Shown: positions 11,716 through 24,458 of the stretch, piece by piece
Numbering within the stretch: the first letter of the stretch is position 1
How the letters are laid out: every line of letters starts with the position of its first letter
NCBI RefSeq assembly: GCF_000181795.1
Contig: NW_003526941.1
Coordinates: forward strand, 4,746,425 to 4,800,338
Source of the DNA: Trichinella spiralis
Taxonomy: Eukaryota
DNA length: 53,914 nt
Direction: 5' to 3'
Made by a program: the position numbers and the translations under genes
Notes under the pieces: generated by a model
Told to the model about the DNA's origin: nothing
Database searches by the model: none
Seen by the model: only the letters and a program-made list of their open reading frames with translations

Positions 11716-14307
11716 ATGTGGCTTCTTGTATTGCTTTTGTCCACATTCTGTATAGCACAGAATGTTGACTATCATGAAAATATTACCAACATCAAAAGTA
11801 TATTAAACATTGATCTAGAAAAGAAAACAGAATTTTTGAAATAAAAATATAATTTTTCTCTCTTCAGCAGTGGATGATCGTTGTCTACAGTTGCCAGATG
11901 GCAATCACGCGATACAAGCTTGTTCGCATACTTATTTGGCTTGCAGCTCCGGTCGAAGCTTTGTCTACAGTTGTCCGGAAACGCAAGTTTACGAGCCCAA
12001 ATCCAACCGTTGCATGGCAGCTGGCCATATCCCAGAATGCGGAGGCGTGGCTCCGACCACGACGAGCATCCCAGTCCTTGTAACTGACGTCCCAGTGTAT
12101 CCAGTGGAATGCGAAGGCTTTCCGCCGGGCGATCGTCCGCTGAAACCGCAAAGCTGCAGCAAACAGTATTATTCGTGCCTAGCCGATGGTCGTGGTGTTG
12201 TTCGAAAATGCCCATCAGATCTTTACTTCGATCCAAAAGAGTTGGCTTGTAATTATTTCAACTTCGTCGCCTCCTGCGTTGGTCCATCGCCCGGAATCAC
12301 TTACAAATTCAAAACGGAAACTTGGCCCACGTTACCACGTTTGTGAGCCAACACCCCATGTCACAAATTTACAGTATGTGTTGAATTTTCAGCCGTGGAT
12401 TTCGACTGCTACGGTAAAGAAGATGGCTTTTACGACGACGCGCGAAATCCGTGCAGTTCCGTGTATTATGCTTGTACCGGCGATTTTGCAAGACTGCTGC
12501 ACTGTGAAAACAGTTTAGTTTTCGACGTGGAAACCCAGTCTTGTCAAGCACCGCAAGAAACGTACGCTTGTACTGGCATACGTCGTACAACAACCACGCC
12601 CAGACCGTACAGAACGACGCCAAGCAAGCAAGATTCTCTCTTATTCTTAGATTCAGTTGAAGAAAGTCAATTTTGCAGAACTGCCAATTGAATGTGAAAA
12701 TCTGAAAGATGGACTTTACAGCGATCCGAACAATCATTGCAGTAGTATATTTTACAGTTGCACGGCCGGCATCGGGGCGTTCTTGAGCTGTCCTGAGAGG
12801 CTTTATTTCGACGTCGAAACCACGCAATGTCATCGTTTCGACGACGTTTTCGCTTGCTCTGGAAAACGAAAAACCACAACGCCTTCGACAATATCCACAA
12901 CTACACCAAAACGAAAACGTTTATCATTTTTGATTAAATAATTATTATTGCTCACCGATTTTCATTTTCTATTCGATTTCAGCAGTTGGTTTCGACTGTT
13001 CCACACTGCCAGATGGTTTGTATCCAACTTTGACCAATGCTTGTTCAAATTATTACTACGTTTGCTCCGGATCAGTAGCGTTTGAACTGAAATGTCCGAC
13101 AGGTTTATTTTATGATCCCGACCAACAATTCTGCACCACTTATGGTACAATATTCGCCTGCACCGGCGTAGTGGTCAGCACAGAAACGATCACATCGACC
13201 AGCCGACAGCCGACGACTCCACGTAGCGTACAGTACTTTTTGCATGTCAGGTATGATTGTTGAGTGTATTTTCGCTTCTGCAGAGCCTCTGTTCAACTGC
13301 GCAGACAAGCAAAGTGGCATTTACATGAATCCAAGCGTTCCTTGTTCGCCAGTTTACTATCAATGCAGTAACGGTCATACATATCAATACCAGTGTCCGG
13401 AAAATTTGTTCTTCAATCCAGAATCACAGATGTGCGATCGTCTCGAAGAAATTTACGAATGTACAGGGGTGAAGAAAACAACAACACCGACAATCAAGAC
13501 GACAACGGTGAAACCGGAAGTTGGTAAACAAACAAACAATACTTTGAATTGCATCAATTGATATGTTGTTAATTAACTTAAAGTGCCATTCGATTGTCGT
13601 TTATTGCCAAATGGAGATTATCCCGACCAACGTTATAAGTGTAGTAAAGAATTTTTCTCCTGCAGCAGCGGTGTAGCAACAAGACGACGCTGTCCATCAA
13701 CTACGTTCTTCGATCCAGAACTGTTGCAGTGTTTCGGATATGACAATGTGCCAGCGTGCAGCAACAAACCCAGAACGACAACAGTGCCGACCACAACCAC
13801 GCATCATATAGATAGCAGAAAGCAAAACTTCTTCGATTGCACTGGAAAACCAAGCACCAATTACCCTATGGGCGTTTGTGAACAAGCGTTCCTCAGCTGC
13901 ATTGATGAAATGTCAGTTTTGATTGAATGTCCGGCCGGTTTGAAATACGACAAAGAAATGGACGAATGCAATCACGCATATTACATCCCCGAATGTGGTG
14001 GTCGGCGCACTACAACACCACTTCCTCAAATTTCAAACTCTACGACAAGTTTTGGTAAAATATATTACGGTATTTTTTTGAAATATTCAAACTTAATTGT
14101 CATATGTGAAATACTGTAGAAGTGGCACATTTTAATTGTACTCACCTGGTGGATGGACGGTATGCTGATGTTCGTAATCCTTGTCCAAGCAATATATTCT
14201 ACGTTTGCTCCGGTGCCAGGCCACTGCTTATGATGTGCCCTTATGGATTGTTTTACGATCCGAAATTGAAACTATGCAACTACAGACGCAAGATTAAATG
14301 CACATAA
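11716..14307 (+). CDS. Secreted multi-domain chitin-binding (CBM14/peritrophin-A) protein, 9 domains with Thr/Pro-rich linkers
   Basis: Signal-peptide exon MWLLVLLLSTFCIAQ. Nine 6-Cys modules follow (C..L.DG.Y....CS..YY.C..G.....CP..L.FDP....C), separated by TTT-rich linkers. Eight exons. Confidence 0.9.
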
Positions 14308-15395
14308 ATGCTGCTCAAGTTGTAATGTGTCATTCCCATGTTTTTTTCTGAAATTTGCGTTTGATGCTAATCGAAAAATTTCTATTATTTCAATTACTTA
14401 TGGTAACACACGTTCATATGCTTCATTAATAAACGTTGGAAAATTTGTTGAATGTTTGCTGAGAAAATGAAAAAGTTCTCTAGTGGAGAAATTGTCAATC
14501 AATCCATTCATTCAATATGATGAAGTTGTTTAATTCGAGTTGGATACTAAAATGATAGCGAAAAATGATAATAGCTTGTGTAACAGAAAAAGAATGCTTT
14601 TCCCTTTAAAAATCAAGTTAGTTTTATATGTTAATGAATTTATGCCGACTAGAATTTGAATAAAATGAACTGATAACCAAATTTATATTTCAAACAACTT
14701 TGCTCTGTTTGCTCTTTCCAACTGGAATGAATGATTAGTTGTTGCTTTCTTATCAATTTGATGTGAAATGTTTTCTTTTACGTTTTGTCATACAAGTAAC
14801 AGTTTATCGGTAAGCTGAATATTTTCACATTAAATGCAACTTTGCATTTTTTAATATTTATAAATCTGATATTTTTTCTGTAAAATATGGAAATAATGAT
14901 ATTGCATTTCGACGAATGAATCATTTATTAGCCTCTTTTTTTGGAAAAGTATGTATTTTGTTTTTAAATTAATCAGAAGTTATTAATCCTGATCGACTGA
15001 GCAAACATTTCAATATTTAACTTGAATATTTCTGCATACTGTTCATCGGATCAGTTGATTCAGCTTGATAATTTTGTATTTGAAGAAATACAGTCATTGT
15101 AAAGATTAATGTTAGAATTGAATAAAATAAATGACAGGAAAATAATCTTTCTTCTTGAAGGTTACTTCATTAAATTGAATAAACTGACATTATATTTTAT
15201 AGCAGGCAGTCTTATTGTGAAATGTTGTACATTGGCATGATTTTAAAAGCACTTTGATGGGAAAAATCGCTTTTCTTCACTCTCACATGATAAGATTGTT
15301 TTTTTTGTCGCGCGACTTTTTTCCTTTTCTGAAATATACCAAATTTATTATGTTATATTCTTTTAGTATCTACTTTGGTGAAGTATTTTAAAATC

Positions 15396-16982
15396 ATGCG
15401 CATATTAACGTTTCTTGTCATTTTCACATTGATCTATTGGAATTTGAGCAGTGGTGAACAGGAAGATGTGCCGTGTTTGCATTTGAAATTTCAGCCAAAT
15501 GTTGCCAACGTACCGTTGGGCAGTGCATCATTTTTCACTGTTCAACTGAGGTAATAGTACCGATTTTTACAAATTCATATTTATGCAAATTGTAATTATT
15601 ATTTCGATTTAGCCAACCGTCTGCAGAAGTTTACAATGTCTCTTTTGAACAGCAAGATCCAAAATCGATCACGTTGAATAAAACTGCATTTCAAATTCCA
15701 GCAAAATCGCAGGAAATTTATTCAATCGGCTTCACAGCGAATGCGTTGAAAGCCAGCGTGGCTGTACGTGAAAATCGTACTGCTGAACAATGCATCTCGT
15801 TGGATAGGTAAGTTAGCTAGATACTTTTTGCTGTTTTGTTTTTGCATAATTTTGTTTGTTCAGTTTGAAAGAGTCGGTTATTTTAATAACCGTTTATCGG
15901 TTAGAGCAGCTCAATGTATTGTTGGACGTGCTCGGCTGGATATATTTCACCGCGTGGACGATCTCATTTTGGCCGCAGATATTTTTGAACTTTAGACGCA
16001 AGAGGTGAACAACAGTGAATATTTATTTAATTTTAACTTTTTTATTAATCATAAATTACACTTGTTGATTGCATCTGTTCAGTGTGATCGGTTTGAATTT
16101 CGATTTTTTGGCGTTGAACATCACCGGTTTTTTGTTCTACGCATCCTACAATTGTTCGTTGTATTTTTCACCATTGGTTCAAGTAAGTATGGTTTGTCGT
16201 TTCTGCTTGTTTTCAACAAACAATAGTGCTTTTTCATCTGTTCAGACCGAATACTTGGAACAATATCCGAACAGTGTCAATCCAGTGTTGATTCAGGATG
16301 TCGCGTTCGCTCTGCACGCCTTCTTTGCAACCGTACTGACCATTGGACAGTGTTTTTTTTATGAGGTAAAAATTGAGAATTTTTTTTTCACATCAGTTTA
16401 ATTAAGCGAAACTATTCCAGCGCGGTGGTCAAAAATTGAGCAACTTTTGCTTGATTTTGCTGGTCGCATTTTGGGGTTCAGCGTTGATAACTCTGCTGCT
16501 GGCCGCTGTGCGAGTGATCACTTGGCTGTGGTTCGTCTCCGTTCTGTCCTACGTCAAACTGGCCATCTCAATATTGAAATACATTCCACAGGTTATTCAA
16601 CTACATGTACAGATATGATTTTGTAATTTGATATATTTTAAAAAATATATATAGGCAGTGCTTAATTACAGAAGAAAAAATACTGAAGGCTTTAGCATTG
16701 GGTCAATTTTTCTCGATTTCACCGGCGGTGTGGGTAGCATGTTTCAAATGATTGTATTCGCTTACAATACAAGTATGTGAATGATGTTCAAACTATTTTA
16801 CAAATATGCAATTTTCAGACGATTGGAGCCAATTGTTTGGCGATTTCACGAAATTTGGTCTCGGCTTGTTTTCCATTTGTTTCGATATTGTATTTTTCGT
16901 TCAGCGATATGCACTCTACCGCAACTACCACGAAATGGACATATCCGAGGAGTCCGAAGATAGTCAAGTTGAAAAATATTAA
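15396..16982 (+). CDS. ctns-1: Cystinosin (lysosomal cystine transporter, PQ-loop)
   Basis: Signal peptide [15 protein letters not shown]. Motifs [83 protein letters not shown]. The C-terminal tail contains YHEM (YxxPhi). Confidence 0.95.
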
Positions 16983-17067
16983 TAAATACTAATTAATTTT
17001 CACTTTCTCAAAAATTGGAGTCGAATTGAATAAAAAAATTGTTTAATTACAAACTTATTCACAAAAA

Positions 17068-17819
17068 TCATTCTGCCGTTGTACTGGATAGTTGATTTTG
17101 AAGAAAATTAATTTTATCTTTCTGAGCCACTACTTCGTTCTTCGCCTTCTCTAGAGCATCGTCTAAGCGTTTTCTGCAAAACAATGAACATGCATTCATG
17201 CTGTAAATGTATTAATGTATTTTCGCTTTTTTAAATCATACTTTTCCTGTTCAATAAATTCAAGTCTCTTAATGATAGTACCCTTCGCTTCTGCCAAGCT
17301 ATGCTTCACAAGTACAGGACCAATCATTTTGTATATGAGTGTCTGATCAGTGAGTAAATTCAGTTCCTGCAACAATCAACAAAACGTTACTGAAGTAGTT
17401 TATCCAGAACAGCACTCATTTGATATCAAATTTATCAACAGTGATACAAACATTACCATATACCAACAAAAGATACAAACGAATGGGCTTGAAATCTGAT
17501 AATTTTTAGCATTTATGATTACAGATTCAATTTGAAATTAAAATCACGTAAAAAAAGCTAATTCATAATGTTCAACGCATTCAGAAAGTAAATTTAAAAA
17601 TGCCATTTACCTCTAAAGCAAAATGATTTTCTGTGTACTGTGTTTCAACTTGCTGTCGAATACGAGCCTGCTTTTTAATATCTGCACAAAAAAAGAAAAC
17701 ATTTATTAAGAAAAAAATACAAACTTCATAAGCTAAAATGTAACACCATTCTGGATGTTTTGAAGCTTAAGTATTTCTAGTTCCAAACGCTCTTTTAATT
17801 GTTTCGAAGATTCTCCCAT
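17068..17819 (-). CDS. pfd-6: Prefoldin subunit 6 (beta-type)
   Basis: Four exons: MGESSKQLKERLELEILKLQNIQN-DIKKQARIRQQVETQYTENHFALE-ELNLLTDQTLIYKMIGPVLVKHSLAEAKGTIIKRLEFIEQEK-KRLDDALEK...TTAE*. Not in the ORF track. Confidence 0.88.
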
Positions 17820-18264
17820 TGAAAATTTAACAAGCACAAAAAGTATAAGAACAATAAAATTTAAACGAATTCAACATAGACTAATATTAATTGTGCACAG
17901 TTTCAAATGTTGAAAATTAAGTATAATTTTCAACAATTCGATTATCTAATTTATGAGAGTAGAATTTTTTGAAACTTAAATCTTGTCGTTGATAATAACT
18001 TTATTGATGCATATTATTATTTGATAAACTATGAAACTCATCATTATAATTCTTTTCACTGCAACTGCCACAGTATGATAACGTTGTGTCCATTTTTTCT
18101 ACAGTATCATAGTTTTTGTTCGGATAATAAATTTCCACAAATTTGATCATGTGCATGTTAATTTCATTTATCAAATTATATTATTTTAAAATATGGCCAT
18201 GTATTATTTAATTAATTTCACTCGTGAATGGAAATACCATGAAATTTTATTTCTTTTCAATTGA

Positions 18265-19488
<1,224 letters not shown>

Positions 19489-22400
19489 TGTATAAATATC
19501 TATAAATTCAAGTATGCAAATACTGTAAGACAACTAGAAGAACTAGGGTCGAACAATCGTCGACTATAATCAATCGTATATACGTTGATTTTTAGTATAA
19601 AACTTGCATATTACTAAGTACAGTAAAATAGTAGCTTTTGTCATAGTGGGTGTGCATTCGATGTGGACTTTCCGATAGATGTGTGTTGTCGACTGTAGCT
19701 CTTTGCAGTTTGTTGTTTGTTATTCGTAGATTGGTATTATGGAATGAAATAGTTTTATCGACATAAGCCGCTTGATAGGAAGAAGCGAATTATAGTCAGA
19801 AAAGAAAGAGATTATTGTTCTAGGTCGAACGACAGCAAACAAATGAGTTCATCTACTTTCCACAAAGCACTGACGAGTTGCTCATTTTTGTGACCATCGA
19901 AATTGAAAAATCTCGAAAATATATATACATGGAAGTATAGCAAATGAAAGATTATAATTTTATGTAGTTTGTAATGAACTTTTTTCATGTATACCAAATG
20001 TAACTCAGTAGCTTGTGAGAAAGTCAAAACAGTGGACAACTGAATTGAATGTTTAAAAATTGAACTTGCTTAAAAATTTCAAAAGTTGTTGCCAAATTTA
20101 TTGGTTTATTTTATCTAGTTACCGAAAAAATTAAAGTTAGAACTGTTTTTTATGAATATAAAATCTGCTTCCGTATTCAATTCAACCTTCATTATTTAGA
20201 GCGACTGTTCATATAGAGAATAAATTTAAGAGAAAAACATTTTAGTTAATCTCTAAGTTAATTAATATAATTCGATATAAAGCCATATCGAATGTATAAT
20301 TAAAATCAATTTTTTCCATTATGAAGATGCAACTGCATTACAGTAAGACTGCATTTTCATTTTTATTTTTTGGAAATTTCCAAACTTTGGATAAATTTTA
20401 AGTAGCAGCTGATGTGTGGTATAAAATGTATTATTTTTAAAACATTAATGAAAATTTTTAAAATTATTCTATCACGTTGCTGGCAAGTTATGTTGAAAAT
20501 TGTTTGAAAATGCTTTTTCTTGTTTAGAATAAAAGAAAGTTTTAAACATACGTTTTTTCTTAAAATATGATAAAAACTAAATTAAAAGCTGTTTTTTGTA
20601 TTATTTTTATATAGTTTATACATTTTACATGCTCTATTTAACAGTTCGATACACTTGAGAATTCTACAGTAATCTTATTGTGTTCTCGTTTCACGCCGAA
20701 TTTATTAAAATTATCCAACCTGTCGGTTTATGATGTAAATCTTCGCAGCGTGCAGTAAGTATTTCAATGTTTTGCATTTTCAGTATGCAAATTTTCTAAA
20801 AGTAGAAAAACAATGATAGTGAAGTTCTTTTTTTTTCTTCCCATGACAATTGTTGGCACTTTTAGTGCTTTGTACATTTTTCAATTATTGGTTTAAAATT
20901 TTGTTGCAATAAAAAGTTTTTTTTTCATTTTCAATATTATTTTGACATTTATGATAAAACTTGTGGTAATTGGTTTTTCTTTTCGTTTTCGTTCAGTTAT
21001 TTGGCTTCGCCATTGTGCGGTGCATTAATTAGATAATGCTTATCTTTTTCCGTTAATAATGACATGTTGTTGTTATTGCACCTCATTTTAGTTGTTTATT
21101 TGATTTATTTTTATTATTAAAATTTAAGGGACAGTTTATTTTTAAGTTGATTTTATTGAAGATTAAATTGGCATTATTTGCATTGTTTGAAAAGTTGTTT
21201 TTATTGAATGTCAATTAAATGTTTATTGAAGTTTTGCAGAAAGCAACTTCGGATAAACGGGACACATTTTCGGCTGCATGCAAAAGCAAGTGGATTTTGT
21301 CGTCGTCGAGCAGTTATTTTGAAACATTTACTAGCCGCTGATATCTCAGGTAAGAAAAAGGTCAATGAGCGTTGTTTTTTTTCCTCTCTCCTCCCCCCCC
21401 CCCCCTATTTATCCTCAGTGTACTGTATTAGCTGGGTATGTTCATATTATTGTTTTAAGATAACAATTGAGATAATTTTCGTGATGAAACATTTTTGTTT
21501 GAATTTTCCATTGCGTATTTTATTTAATTCAAAAAAAAGAAAACAGCTTTTGTTTTTTAGTTTAATTAATAAAAATAGTTTAATTTTTATTTCGGATGAG
21601 ATTGACATTTCTTTTGTCGATTTTGCTTTTTGACGTGAGATATTTTCATCGTTTCTTTGCCAGTCGGATGCGAATGATCCAATGAGATCCACCTTCAACG
21701 ACTGTGCATTGAAGCGGGCATCTTTTTTATTGGTCGATTTCAATTTGCGCGAAACCAGTTTTGCCGTTTCTGATATTGGTTATGAGATGCCTTAGATTTT
21801 TCATTTCAATCATTAATTGCGTTTGCGATTCATTTTCCTAATTTGCTTCGCTTATTCTTTCACCAGTAGAGTGATGATGACATGAACGGTGTTGTTCATA
21901 TCTAGGTGAAGATTTTTCGACTTTTTCTACCCAATGATGATGAATACGAAATGAAGCAGTTTTTAATTAGTCGTTTTTTTCCCCTACTTTTCAGTTTAGA
22001 ATTCAATAATTTTTTTTCTGAAAATTTAATCACCTCTTTATATTTATTAAAAAGAACATTTATTGATAAGTTGCATGTGTTTTCTTGAAAAAATCGATTA
22101 TATTTTTGAAGAAAATTTTGAGGAAAAAAAAAGCTCGATTCTGTTTATCGTTTTGTAAGCGTAGTATTTGGTTTGAATATTGTGGAAGATTTTATAAAGT
22201 TGAATTATTGTAAAACCAAATTTGTTTTTGTAGAGTTTGATAATATTTTTAAAAAGAGTTTTTGTTCAAAAAAACATTGTATTTAATGTCGTTTTCAGTG
22301 GATAAAGAAAAAATTTTTTTCGATTTGTGTTGTAAAATTTAAAAAATCGAAAAAGTATGATATTTCCATGTGAAATTATTTGTTAATCGCAATCTAGTCG

Positions 22401-22588
22401 AGTCTTTTTTTTGATTGGTGTGTGTGTGTGTGTGTGTGAGAAACATTTTCCAGTAACACTAGTTAGTTTGGAACAGTTGGCAGTGTCGTTTTGATGAGGA
22501 TTAGCGTGTAAATAATATAATAATTAATTTGACTCGGTGGTGTTTAAAAATGATTTATCCGTTTCTTCATTTCAGGATATAAATAATA

Positions 22589-23370
22589 ATGACGAAAATG
22601 CTAGTGGTTGTTTTGTTGTTGGCATTTTCTGCTTGCCCTTCATTGGCACTGCCTGGCCTACGTTCGGCCATTTATTGCAATTGCACTCGACCAGGTTGCG
22701 GTATGGATGAAGATGGTCCCAATATACAAGTGTGCAAAACGTACGGCGGTTGTATGAAAGTGGTCTCTTTGAAAAATGAACACCAGCCCGAAGACGAGGG
22801 CGGCGATCTTGTCGTCGAATACGACTGCATCAGCGAAGAACTGTGGCTTCCACCTGAACAGCCGATGGGCTGCCGGGTCCACCGCCATCAGCGTCATTTG
22901 CACGCGATCGGCTGTTGTCGGAATTATTCGTTCTGCGCGGCCGATTTGCACGTCGCATTGCAAAAGCCGGCCCCGGCCGATTCGGCCACTGGTCTGCCTT
23001 TGGCGGATTTGGGTTCCGCGAACGCTTGGACCGCTGTGGGGTGGAACTGGCAGCCGGTGGTCATTCCCAGTTTGGCGGTAGTATTCAGCCTGTGCTTGTT
23101 GTACGCGGCGATGCGGTGCCGGCGTGGCAGGCAAAACGGCAAGCCCGTGTCGGCCACGAATTTGGACGACGAGCCCAGGGATCCGTTGATCGCCGCCAAA
23201 GATGTCCACGGCATTCAGCAGATGTTGCACGATTTGGACAGCGGTCAGCCGGCGACGACCAGCGGTTCTGGATCGGGCGTGCCGATGCTCGTCCCGGTGA
23301 CCATAGCTCGCCAAGTGACCCTGGTCAAAGTTATTGGCCGAGGACGATACGGCGAAGTCTGGCAGGTAAC

Positions 23371-23414
<44 letters not shown>

Positions 23415-24458
23415 CGATTGATTGATGAAAATTTAAATATGTTTATTTCTTTTCTTTTTCGATTAATGTGAGAGTTGATTAATTAATTTTTCATTCAAAC
23501 AAGAAATTTGATCATTGCAGCGTTGCTGTGCAACGTTTTTGCTGTGCTTCCATCAGACACACACAAAGTGTGCTTGTTATTAATATTATTAATTTTCGTT
23601 TTTCTGCAGGGATTGTTCAAGGGAGAAAATGTGGCAGTGAAAATTTTTGCCTCGACCGATGAACAATCTTGGCTGCGCGAGATGGAAGTGTACAAGACGA
23701 CAATGTTGCGTCATGAAAATTTGCTCGGCTTCATCGCCGCCGACAACAAGGACGGCGGCATGGCGTTGCAGTTGTGGCTAATTACGGATTATCACAAAAA
23801 GGGCTCATTGTTCGACTTGTTGATGAGCACAACGTTGGATTTGCGCCTGATGGCCCGTCTGGCGCGCAGTCTGGCCAACGGATTGGCCTTTTTGCACAGC
23901 GAAATTTGCGGTACCAGCGACAAGCCGGCCGTTGCCCACCGGGATTTGAAAACGAGGAACGTGCTAGTGCGCAGCGACAACAGCTGCGTGATTGCGGATC
24001 TTGGTCTGGCGGTACGGTATTTTGCCAAAACTCAGGAATTGGACATTCCGCAGAACAAAAAGACCGGCACGTTGCGCTATTTGGCTCCCGAAGTGCTGGG
24101 CGACACGCTGAATCCCAACCATTTCGACAGCTACCGCCGGGCGGATATTTATTCGCTCGGCTTGATATTGTGGGAAATTTGCCGACGAACCGGCGACAAG
24201 CCGGACCCTTGCGAATTGCCCTATTACGACCAAGTGCCGGCCGACCCGACGTTGGACGACATGCTTCGTTGCGTTCTACTGGAAAACCAACGTCCACCAC
24301 TGCCTAGCCGGTGGAAAGATTCGGCCCCGTTGGTAACGATGACGAAACTGATGCGCGAATGTTGGATGCCGAATCCGTCGGCTCGTCTGACGGCGCTTCG
24401 CGTCCGAAAAACCATCGACGATCTGGCACCGCTGATTGGAGATTTCATGGCACCCTGA
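22589..24458 (+). CDS. TGF-beta/activin family type I receptor Ser/Thr kinase (ALK4/5/7, Baboon-like)
   Basis: Exons 22589-23365 and 23610-24458. Signal peptide, Cys-rich ectodomain ending CCRNYSFC, TM helix, GS box TTSGSGSG. Kinase motifs GRGRYGEV, VAVKIF, HRDLKTRN, DLG, GTLRYLAPE. L45 region ADNKDGGMALQ. Confidence 0.95.
23374..23410. repeat. (AT)n microsatellite in receptor intron
   Basis: Dinucleotide run read directly. Confidence 0.9.

Noticed and set aside
11716..14307. Calling the CBM14 protein a chondroitin proteoglycan (cpg-1/cpg-2)
   Set aside because: Linkers lack acidic Ser-Gly attachment clusters, so orthology is unsupported.
21871..22021. C/D-box-like RTGATGA...CTGA suggesting a snoRNA
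   Set aside because: No terminal stem or evident guide sequence; the interior is low-complexity T-rich sequence.
23508..23609. Hydrophobic N-terminal extension on the kinase ORF, suggesting a separate membrane-anchored isoform
   Set aside because: It starts at TTG inside the intron and is simply the polypyrimidine tract translated.
22658..24448. Long antisense and alternate-frame ORFs over the receptor (similar ones over SMYD and the CEP350-like last exon)
   Set aside because: Shadow ORFs of GC-rich coding exons with no recognisable motifs.
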